NCBI GenBank assembly: GCA_016763355.1
Contig: JAESTY010000294.1
Span: 1 to 30,124 of the forward strand
DNA: 30,124 nt
DNA from: Immundisolibacteraceae bacterium
GTDB lineage: Bacteria > Pseudomonadota > Gammaproteobacteria > Immundisolibacterales > Immundisolibacteraceae
Reading direction: 5' to 3'
A program made the position numbers and the translations under genes. The stretch's first letter is position 1. Each line of letters starts with the position of its first letter. The notes under the pieces are model-generated. The model was given only the letters and a program-made list of their open reading frames with translations. It was not told the DNA's origin and ran no database searches. This document shows, in pieces, positions 21,341-28,548 of this stretch.

Positions 21341-22793
21341 CTCTCATATTTAGCTCTAATTTTATCATTGCCGGTTTAACAGGGTCTGACATCGTAAATC
21401 TAAATACCACGAATCGAGAGAATCGGCCTAGTCGATACCAAATAGCTCGCCTGTTGTACTCGCCAATCTTACCAATCGATCTGCTTAACTCGTCGCCGAA
21501 TGAAACGCCATTGCTTGAAATGTCTAGCCTTACTTGAGGGTTAGTAATCGTTAGGTCACCAACGCCACTTTGAAAGGTCGCCTCAAGCTGTGTAATCGCG
21601 ATAGCGTTGCCTAAATCTGAGATAGGCTGTATTGCCATTACTCTGATTATCTCACTGCCATACTCGCTGAACGTGTCGATATCAACATGTCCAATGCGCC
21701 CGTCTTGAGAGTCGCCGCACAATACCCGGTTGTAAGCCGTGCCGATTGAGTTTGCTCGCCATCTAATGTTTTCGGTCAAGCCTTTGGTGTTGATAATGCG
21801 TGACTTGCGCTCATTCCATTTGTTAGTAATAGTGTTGAATTCAAGTGTGATCGTCGGCAGTGAGAAGCCAATAAAATAGGCCCCTTTCTGCGCGTATGAG
21901 TAAGAGAAAGCTGCCTTTATCTGCGCGTCAGTAAAGCCTTGCAATACTGAATCGATAGCCGTTGTTGACACCTTTTGCACAGTGTTACCCGATAAGGCCC
22001 ACACTGCCGGTGATTCATTGGCACCACCACCGATAAACATAAACGTGTCATTAGTCGGTATTAACGAGAACGCAGAAAACACGCCTTTAGCAATGAAAAA
22101 ACCGGTCCGTTGGAATAAGCCGCCGATGTTTTGAAACTCTTCAATGGTTTCTGAACCCGCAATGTACAGCTTGTTTTTGAAAACGACCGGCGCGACGATA
22201 TCATCTGGATCTGACTCGGCGCTAAATACATCTAACGCGCTCCATACCAACCCTTGATTGGCACTTGAGCGGATAAACTTCTTACTGTCAGTGGTGACAA
22301 CGAAAAACGAATCGATGAAAACTACTTGTTGAGGCGCGCCGTTAGCCGTAAAGCCTGGGCTGGTTATCTGCTGAAATGGCGTACCTGATGTTTCGTCGAT
22401 AATGTAACCGTTGCCGCCTGGTACTAAAATCATTAGCTCTTTGCCGTTGTCAGCCATTGACACGCGATCTTCACCGGGTATGGTCCCAATAGTCACATTG
22501 GTAAATACTTCTGCGCCTTCACCGTCAAAGCTGCGATCAACTCTGATCAACGTGTCGCCATTCAAAAAGTAAGGTAGACCCGCTTTTACATGCATGCCGC
22601 GATTAACCTGCTTGATACTATCGCCGGTTGTTTGTATCTGCTTTAGTCCAGCGCAACCGAATAGGCTACCAGTCGTTAAGGCGCCCTCAGTTTGAGGGAT
22701 GTTCACGTACCAATTGACACACTCTTGCGCGCTAATTGGTAACGAATCGGACTCATAGAATCCGCCATCGATCGGTATGTTTACGCGAGGCAT
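21321..22793 (-). CDS. Tail hub / packaged DNA stabilisation protein (P22 gp10-like)
   Basis: Beta-propeller-like; AESDPDDIV, SETIEEF, EFNTITNKWNER, SRSIGKIGEYNRRAIWYRLG. Confidence 0.9.
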   Translation of the reverse strand: MPRVNIPIDGGFYESDSLPISAQECVNWYVNIPQTEGALTTGSLFGCAGLKQIQTTGDSIKQVNRGMHVKAGLPYFLNGDTLIRVDRSFDGEGAEVFTNVTIGTIPGEDRVSMADNGKELMILVPGGNGYIIDETSGTPFQQITSPGFTANGAPQQVVFIDSFFVVTTDSKKFIRSSANQGLVWSALDVFSAESDPDDIVAPVVFKNKLYIAGSETIEEFQNIGGLFQRTGFFIAKGVFSAFSLIPTNDTFMFIGGGANESPAVWALSGNTVQKVSTTAIDSVLQGFTDAQIKAAFSYSYAQKGAYFIGFSLPTITLEFNTITNKWNERKSRIINTKGLTENIRWRANSIGTAYNRVLCGDSQDGRIGHVDIDTFSEYGSEIIRVMAIQPISDLGNAIAITQLEATFQSGVGDLTITNPQVRLDISSNGVSFGDELSRSIGKIGEYNRRAIWYRLGRFSRFVVFRFTMSDPVKPAMIKLELNMRGGQNGN

Positions 22794-24419
22794 CTATCTA
22801 GCCTCTAGTATAAAGAATGAATCCAACTCTGCCGTAATATCAGCCGTTGACGGCGACACCTGAGCAACCTGTAACTTGACGTAATCATTTTGATCTAGAG
22901 TGATGTGATCGGACATAACAAAATAAGCTACATTTCGACCGCCTTGCAAGTTGTTTATAACTCTGCGAATAGTTTTCCCATCCTCGAAACTGGTTGTTGC
23001 CGCTCTAAATATAACAAGCTTCAAGTCAACCTCGTCGTTGGACGATGATTCTAAAACTAACTGCCCTGTTACGTCAAACTCTCTCGGGGAGTTGCCCAAA
23101 TGCCTAAGCTGTCCGTTTGCCGGGCTATCAAAGTGTTGAAGATCTGAAGTTGTATAGGTTCCTGCTAAATCTTCAAATGTTGCAGTGGTTGTTATTGTGG
23201 TTGTTATTTCCGCCGTTATATTCGCCTCCCCACCCACAAAGGTGTTAGGAATTCCGTTGTTATCCGTCCACTTGCTTATTAGTGCGCTAGCTGCGACGTT
23301 GGGAGTTATGTTTGAATCGGTCGCATCGAATACACCGCCGCGACTAATCAGGCATCCTTCAAATTGTAGAGTCGAAGGGTTTACAAAGTTGCTTGCTGAA
23401 AAATCAACAAATGAAGTGCTAGCGGGTAAGTCGATATTTTGATTGGTCCTAAACCTCGAGGTCATAACAAAGCCTGCACCCGCTTTAAACAGGGAGTACG
23501 CGCCATCGTCAAGACTTCTAACTATTGATGTGTCGATGAAGTAACCGCCCAACCATGCGCCGATTAGCTCAAGTTCTGGCTTGCCACCAAATCGACCAGT
23601 GCCAACTTCTAGCCCTTGTCTGTAATTGTTAATAGAGCCCAGCGATTCGCAGTCATTGTAATTAACGCGAGAAAACTCGAACGCTTCAAATCCCGTATCA
23701 GATGTTAGGTTATAAACTTGAGAGCCCGCACCTGTAACCTCGATAGCGTAGTCTTTGCCTATCAAGTTACCTGAGCCACCTGCTGGACTAGTAAACATCG
23801 TGTAACTGGCTGTGCTTGATATTAGCTTTGATACGTCGAAGTTATAACCGGTCAACGATAACCCACCCGCAGGCACTTCGATCGATTGACTGCCCATGTT
23901 GACAATGCCGTCAATGAAATATTCTTTAGTGCTATCCAGTACCCCTGATAAGTCTGCCGCCTCAGTAACAACGACTCGATTTGATAAGCCGGTCGCGGGA
24001 TCGACTGTATTAGTTAGGGTAATCTTATCGCCGTCTTTAACAATTGATATGCCCTGGCCTGCGAACAAAGATGAAATGACAGGCTCGGAATTATTAAGGC
24101 CACTAGTTAGTGGTACGCCGATGTTATCTTGCGCAACATTCCACTTTATCGTGATGCCGCTTTCAGGTGAGATAGATGCAAGGATGCCGGGGCCACTTTC
24201 AATATTGCGGATCTCGTTAATGCCTGCCGCTGGCTGATTTAACACCGGCGTACCTGATGGGGCGCCAATAGGCTCGAGCGTACCAGTAACGCCAAGCGAG
24301 TTAATAAGCCCGGTAAACGTTACGTTAAAGTTTGTTCCAGCTCTGACGAATGTAATTAAATCGGTGCCGGTTAATGCCGCCTCACCAGTAAACGAGCTTA
24401 TTTTTTGGCTATGACTCAT
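22794..24419 (-). CDS. Second fibre/appendage protein with C-terminal C1q/TNF-like jelly-roll
   Basis: N-terminal SQKISSF..D..FVR anchor motif; C-terminal GQLRHLG..FDVTGQL..ITLDQNDYVKLQV; likely start ATG 24419. Confidence 0.6.
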   Translation of the reverse strand: MSHSQKISSFTGEAALTGTDLITFVRAGTNFNVTFTGLINSLGVTGTLEPIGAPSGTPVLNQPAAGINEIRNIESGPGILASISPESGITIKWNVAQDNIGVPLTSGLNNSEPVISSLFAGQGISIVKDGDKITLTNTVDPATGLSNRVVVTEAADLSGVLDSTKEYFIDGIVNMGSQSIEVPAGGLSLTGYNFDVSKLISSTASYTMFTSPAGGSGNLIGKDYAIEVTGAGSQVYNLTSDTGFEAFEFSRVNYNDCESLGSINNYRQGLEVGTGRFGGKPELELIGAWLGGYFIDTSIVRSLDDGAYSLFKAGAGFVMTSRFRTNQNIDLPASTSFVDFSASNFVNPSTLQFEGCLISRGGVFDATDSNITPNVAASALISKWTDNNGIPNTFVGGEANITAEITTTITTTATFEDLAGTYTTSDLQHFDSPANGQLRHLGNSPREFDVTGQLVLESSSNDEVDLKLVIFRAATTSFEDGKTIRRVINNLQGGRNVAYFVMSDHITLDQNDYVKLQVAQVSPSTADITAELDSFFILEAR

Positions 24420-24894
24420 GCGTACCATCCTCTAGTAATATTGATCCACCTTGCTCTGTCAGTACTTCTGACTCTGGACAACCGTAGAAATGATTATTGT
24501 TAAACGTGTTTTCGCCTTCGTTGCCTGAGCCAATAGGTAAGGTGCAAGGCATGCTCGTTGGCCTAACTGTGATTGATAGCTTACGCATTGCGTTCTTGCC
24601 TTCGCGCGCGCTCACTGCAAGCGTACCGGCAACAGGGATGTCGTAAGAGGTAACTAATCGCATTGCTAGATTGAATATCAACCCCTCAATGGCACCGTCG
24701 GGGATCGTGATTGGGTCAGTAGGGTTGATAACCTTAGTGTATCCAAGAGAGATACCACTAGCGGCAAACGATGCCATCATGCGATTCATATAGCGCTTGG
24801 CTGTCTGAAAATCAACAGACTGAATGTCCTGCTCGCTAGCCTGAACTAGGATTTCTTGCAGAACATCTTTGATTACCGTTTCGGCGGTTTCCAT
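24409..24894 (-). CDS. Head-to-tail adaptor (P22 gp4-like)
   Basis: TAETVIKDVLQEI, MNRMMASF..GISLGY, IFNLAMRL..YDI, LPIGSGN. Confidence 0.88.
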   Translation of the reverse strand: METAETVIKDVLQEILVQASEQDIQSVDFQTAKRYMNRMMASFAASGISLGYTKVINPTDPITIPDGAIEGLIFNLAMRLVTSYDIPVAGTLAVSAREGKNAMRKLSITVRPTSMPCTLPIGSGNEGENTFNNNHFYGCPESEVLTEQGGSILLEDGTHES

Positions 24895-24953
24895 TTATAA
24901 CCTCATTGATTAACACTTAATGATGCGCACTCATAGAATGCGCATTTTAAATA

Positions 24954-25094
24954 CTACTTAGGTTTGGTTAGCGTGAAGCCTTTTAAATTTTTGTCACCGG
25001 CCTTTAGCAGTTTAACCATTTCAGGGTTAACCGTTAGCTTCTTGCCAGTTGGTGTATATATTACCGAAGGCTTATCTTCGTTGCTGTCAGACAT
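24954..25094 (-). CDS. 46-aa small protein between coat and gp4-like genes
   Basis: Manual translation MSDSNEDKPSVIYTPTGKKLTVNPEMVKLLKAGDKNLKGFTLTKPK; AAAGGT RBS. Confidence 0.65.
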   Translation of the reverse strand: MSDSNEDKPSVIYTPTGKKLTVNPEMVKLLKAGDKNLKGFTLTKPK

Positions 25095-25118
25095 AATTAT
25101 TACCTTTTCAATTAAAAT

Positions 25119-25140
25119 TAGCCGCCCGTTAAGGCGGCTA
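25119..25140 (-). terminator. Intrinsic terminator after coat gene (TAGCCGCC-N6-GGCGGCTA then ATTTTAATT)
   Basis: 8-bp stem immediately after the coat stop. Confidence 0.75.
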
Positions 25141-25144
25141 CAGT

Positions 25145-26428
25145 CTAGTTACCATGGCCTTGACCAGCGAAGAACGGATTAAGAACACCGTAAGCTGGGC
25201 GGAAATCGATACGAACCTTGTTTTCGTTCTCTAAGAAGCCAGAGCCCTTAGATACACGAAGCTGCATGCCGTCTGCTGTTTCTGCAAACGTATCAGTTGA
25301 GTGAAGGCGCTTAATAGGTACAGAAGCAACGGTAAACGCTTGCTTGTGCCAGAACAAGTTAGGCTGGATGATTGTATCAGCAGCACCGCCAAGGGTGATT
25401 ACTGCGCCTGCAACGATAGCTGCATCGGCTGTGTTGTACTGACCGTTAGCTTCGTTGATACAAGGACCAGTAACCGTAATGTTACCAGCGCCCGCGCCAT
25501 CAAGAGTCACATCGGCTGTCACTGTTGCAGTCCATGCTACTTGTGAGCCAGTTTCGTCGATTACAGCTAAACGAGTTGACAAGTTCAAGCGGCTAGGCCC
25601 AACGATTGTAACTGTTTCGCCTGCTTTGATTTCTAGGTCGAATTCAAATGCTGTTACACCGATAACCTGAGTCATAGTGTCTTTAGCTGCTAGGTAAGTA
25701 GCAACAGGAGTGCCGACAACAGTACCAGCACGATCCGCGCCTTGGTCACCAGTGCGGTAGTTAGCTAAAGTGGTTGCAGTCATTACTCGCATACCAGCAA
25801 AGTTCTCACTAATAGTTGCGCGAGTGTTAGCTGTCATTGAACCAGTCTCGCCGCCTAAGCTACGTTGATCACCAGCTAGTTTACGTTGAGCGAATGGGTT
25901 AACAGCATAATTCCACATGCCATCATTCGGGATGCCACTGGCTTGCATGATTGCGCCTGCTTCTGCTACATCACCCCAAGCATCACCGCCTGCGCCGATA
26001 GCCGTACCAACCGTACCAGCAAGTAATGCTGTGTTTGCCATCATGAACTTGGCGAAGTCTGTTTCAAAATCCGTAACAACACGAGTTGCCATAGGCGCCA
26101 ATAGTTCATCAAGCTGATCCATTTTGATTGCTTCGTCCGCCTCTTCGTAATCTACGAATACAGTGAAGTAATCTTGAACAACCGCTGATGCTTTACCGGT
26201 TATGATGTCGGACTTGCCTGAGCCGCTTGATACGTCACCGTTAGAAGTTCGGCGAGTGATGAAATCAGTAGGGCGTTTTACATCGATGGTATCGCCAGTT
26301 GAGCCATTGAACTTACCTGCGAACATTTGTGTATCAACGTTTTTAGTTAGGACTCGTTCAGATTCAAACTTGTCCAAGAAAGAGCGCATTAGTTTGCGCG
26401 TAAAATTACTGTCGAAATTATTAGCCAT
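25145..26428 (-). CDS. Major capsid protein, P22 coat family
   Basis: MANNF.., GDTIDVKRPTDF, EEADEAI, QPNLFWHKQAFTVASVPI, RIDFRPAYGVLNP. Confidence 0.93.
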   Translation of the reverse strand: MANNFDSNFTRKLMRSFLDKFESERVLTKNVDTQMFAGKFNGSTGDTIDVKRPTDFITRRTSNGDVSSGSGKSDIITGKASAVVQDYFTVFVDYEEADEAIKMDQLDELLAPMATRVVTDFETDFAKFMMANTALLAGTVGTAIGAGGDAWGDVAEAGAIMQASGIPNDGMWNYAVNPFAQRKLAGDQRSLGGETGSMTANTRATISENFAGMRVMTATTLANYRTGDQGADRAGTVVGTPVATYLAAKDTMTQVIGVTAFEFDLEIKAGETVTIVGPSRLNLSTRLAVIDETGSQVAWTATVTADVTLDGAGAGNITVTGPCINEANGQYNTADAAIVAGAVITLGGAADTIIQPNLFWHKQAFTVASVPIKRLHSTDTFAETADGMQLRVSKGSGFLENENKVRIDFRPAYGVLNPFFAGQGHGN

Positions 26429-26445
26429 GAGTGGCTCCTTTTAAA

Positions 26446-27267
26446 TTAATAGAATTTTGCGCCCTTGATGTTCTTATAACCATCATCGGGTACTGCGCCA
26501 TTACCAGACAGATTAGCCGCTGGAGCTGGGGCGTTGCTTGTTTTCGGTTTCAATGAGCTCGCCTTGGCTTTAATGGTATCTAAGAATGAACCAACATCAT
26601 ACGGACTCATGCCAGCCAACTGATAGCCGTCCTGCGGGTTTGCCGCCAGGTGTTTAACTATCAATGGACCATCGTCGCCGCCAATTATATGCATTACCAA
26701 ATCATCTGATAAGCCGTAATTAGCAACAGCGTTACCCGCCGCTTGTAATTCATCTTGCTTGATACCTAACTCAGTAGCTTTCTTGCTATAACTAGCGATC
26801 GTTTCCTGAGTCTTTACTGCTTTAGCTTGCTCTGCTTGTTGTTGACTTTGTTGCTGCTGCTGTAAATAAGCATTATTCTGCGCGTTGAAATTCGCGTTAG
26901 CCACAATAGCTTCGTCGCGAGCCTTCATCTTTGCATCGAAATCATCATCAAACGAATCTGGCATGTCTGGAATAGTACCAATTGCCGCTGCTTGACGTTC
27001 ACGCTCTTGCTGTTCAAACTGTGCGATTCTTGATGCTTGCGCGTCATTGTCTCGCTCTGCTTGCTTTAGCTGGCCGTACTGCTTATTAAATGCATCGTTA
27101 GACTTTTGCTTTGCTAACTCAACTTCATCAACTTGTTCATTGGATTCAGCCTGAACTTGCTCCCCACCTTCCGAGTGTGGGACAGAATCATTTGTTTCAA
27201 TGACTGCGTTAACGTCTTCGTTAATCGTTTCGCTAATCGCTTCATCGTTTTGCGGAGTATCACTCAT
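26446..27267 (-). CDS. Scaffolding protein
   Basis: Acidic, helical/coiled-coil, immediately upstream of coat. Confidence 0.85.
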   Translation of the reverse strand: MSDTPQNDEAISETINEDVNAVIETNDSVPHSEGGEQVQAESNEQVDEVELAKQKSNDAFNKQYGQLKQAERDNDAQASRIAQFEQQERERQAAAIGTIPDMPDSFDDDFDAKMKARDEAIVANANFNAQNNAYLQQQQQSQQQAEQAKAVKTQETIASYSKKATELGIKQDELQAAGNAVANYGLSDDLVMHIIGGDDGPLIVKHLAANPQDGYQLAGMSPYDVGSFLDTIKAKASSLKPKTSNAPAPAANLSGNGAVPDDGYKNIKGAKFY

Positions 27268-27337
27268 GTAATCGACCTTGTAGGCATAGGCTTTCGCCTG
27301 AGCAGCTATTAAAGGTTAGCTGTTGACCTGTGAACAA

Positions 27338-27366
27338 AGTATAACGCAATTAGCCGCAGTGGTCTA
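27338..27366 (-). promoter_or_regulatory. Candidate promoter for scaffold-coat operon: TAGACC-N17-TATACT
   Basis: -35-like at 27366-27361 (inside box F), -10 at 27343-27338, 71 nt upstream of the scaffold ATG. Confidence 0.5.
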
Positions 27367-27396
27367 ATCAGTGTATTTAGAGTGTCGTGTTAAGAT
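27358..27396 (+). promoter_or_regulatory. Box promoter F: AGTGGTCTAATCAGT-N18-TAAGAT
   Basis: Box 27358-27372, extended -10 TGnTAAGAT at 27388-27396. Confidence 0.72.
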
Positions 27397-27422
27397 TGGG
27401 ATACTAATTAAAGGGGAATGAA

Positions 27423-27590
27423 ATGAACAAATACAATGCTACCTTCGACTTGTCAATGGGCAGGATGCAAATGTTTAAAGTTGGGCTTAGTTGCATATGG
27501 CACTCAGTACTAGGTACTGGTCACATTCACTTCCATGAAATAGGGTGTGACAACCTTATCGCTGAAGTTAAGGGGGTTAAAGATGATTGA
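27423..27590 (+). CDS. 55-aa hypothetical protein (His/Cys-containing)
   Basis: Manual translation MNKYNATFDLSMGRMQMFKVGLSCIWHSVLGTGHIHFHEIGCDNLIAEVKGVKDD; AAGGGG RBS. Confidence 0.6.
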   Translation: MNKYNATFDLSMGRMQMFKVGLSCIWHSVLGTGHIHFHEIGCDNLIAEVKGVKDD

Positions 27591-27760
27591 ATACAACGTG
27601 GTATTCCCGTCGGGAAACACCTTAATAATTTCCGCTGACTTTGCTGAGGTAGATAACGGCGAGCTATTCTTATACAAAGATGGTAGTTTCATCGAGATTG
27701 TGGCGCACATAAAGGTTTACGACCTATTTTATGTCATGGGGGTTAAAGATGATCGAATAC
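27572..27760 (+). repeat. 23-bp direct repeat GGGGGTTAAAGATGATYGAATAC (27572-27594 and 27738-27760)
   Basis: 22/23 identity; each copy spans an RBS and a start encoding MIEY. Confidence 0.9.
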
Positions 27761-27771
27761 TTAATGCTTAG
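27583..27771 (+). CDS. 62-aa hypothetical protein
   Basis: Start ATG 27583 within repeat copy 1. Confidence 0.65.
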   Translation: MIEYNVVFPSGNTLIISADFAEVDNGELFLYKDGSFIEIVAHIKVYDLFYVMGVKDDRILNA

Positions 27772-27925
27772 CTATCTGATAATGTTTTTCTTTTGCTCTT
27801 ACATGTCGATTAAAGAGGGTGAATATAAGGTGGGGATCAAATGGTTTATATTCTCTCCTATAACTCTAGCGATACTTGCTCTTGCCTGCGTCGGGTCTTT
27901 CTTCGCTTGGATATTTAAGGAGTAA
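27749..27925 (+). CDS. 58-aa two-TM membrane protein
   Basis: Start ATG 27749 within repeat copy 2; two hydrophobic stretches. Confidence 0.65.
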   Translation: MIEYLMLSYLIMFFFCSYMSIKEGEYKVGIKWFIFSPITLAILALACVGSFFAWIFKE

Positions 27926-27928
27926 GAA

Positions 27929-28135
27929 ATGACTGGCAGAGTTATCGAAGTGGATTCAATTGACGATTTAACTATAAACATCAACGGCACAATAATCCTC
28001 GATCCAAACACGGTATACATTTTTAACAATGCTATTGAATTTAGCTGCGTAACAACTTGCAACCTAAAAAGGAAGCTCAAGAGGTTTAACCGAAAACGAT
28101 ACCAGACTGTAACAAGGACACAAAATGATAACTGA
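27929..28135 (+). CDS. 68-aa hypothetical protein with basic C-terminus
   Basis: AAGGAG RBS; coupled to the next ORF. Confidence 0.65.
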   Translation: MTGRVIEVDSIDDLTININGTIILDPNTVYIFNNAIEFSCVTTCNLKRKLKRFNRKRYQTVTRTQNDN

Positions 28136-28295
28136 ATACACAATACGCGACATAAACAGAAACGACACGCTGCACAAGGAGAAGTTTGTGTTGGCGCGTG
28201 AAGCTGTGGAATTGCTTGAGAAGTTTATAGCAGCGGCGGTTAAGGCTGGCGCTAGTGAAGATAAATTGATGGAGATTATTAGTGATGTCAAATAA
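28125..28295 (+). CDS. 56-aa hypothetical helical protein
   Basis: Manual translation MITEYTIRDINRNDTLHKEKFVLAREAVELLEKFIAAAVKAGASEDKLMEIISDVK; AAGGA RBS. Confidence 0.6.
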   Translation: MITEYTIRDINRNDTLHKEKFVLAREAVELLEKFIAAAVKAGASEDKLMEIISDVK

Positions 28296-28503
28296 GCCGC
28301 ACTTTACTGGCTCTCAGGTTGCTGCTGCTATTAGAGCGAAAGAAAACGGCATTAGATGGGAGTTTAGACCGTCGCGCCTACCTATAGATTCGAGAGTAAT
28401 CGATCCGAGTCTAGCCTCAATCGCTACCGCTACCGAGGATACAGAAAGCGGTTTTATGTCATTTATGCGCCACGCCGTACTAATGTTCGGCGTTGCTAAG
28501 TAA
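28285..28503 (+). CDS. 72-aa hypothetical protein
   Basis: Coupled to the previous ORF; ends before the hairpin. Confidence 0.6.
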   Translation: MSNKPHFTGSQVAAAIRAKENGIRWEFRPSRLPIDSRVIDPSLASIATATEDTESGFMSFMRHAVLMFGVAK

Positions 28504-28524
28504 CATCACTTAACTGATGTAAAC

Positions 28525-28542
28525 GCCGCCAATTAAGGCGGC
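28525..28542. terminator. Bidirectional terminator GCCGCC-aattaa-GGCGGC
   Basis: Between the convergent portal and small-ORF array; T-rich tail on both strands. Confidence 0.75.
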
Positions 28543-28548
28543 TTTACT

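Noticed and set aside
24923-24945. Hairpin ATGCGCA..TGCGCAT upstream of the gp4-like gene
   Set aside because: No U-tract on the coding strand; it may be a weak attenuator or stabiliser but function is unsupported.
14373-26444. Numerous 60-116 aa plus-strand ORFs opposite structural genes
   Set aside because: No RBS or promoter support; fully nested antisense to well-supported genes.
27504-27520. ACTGGTCACATTCAC, a half-match to the box
   Set aside because: Inside a coding region, right half absent, no downstream -10 at the fixed spacing.
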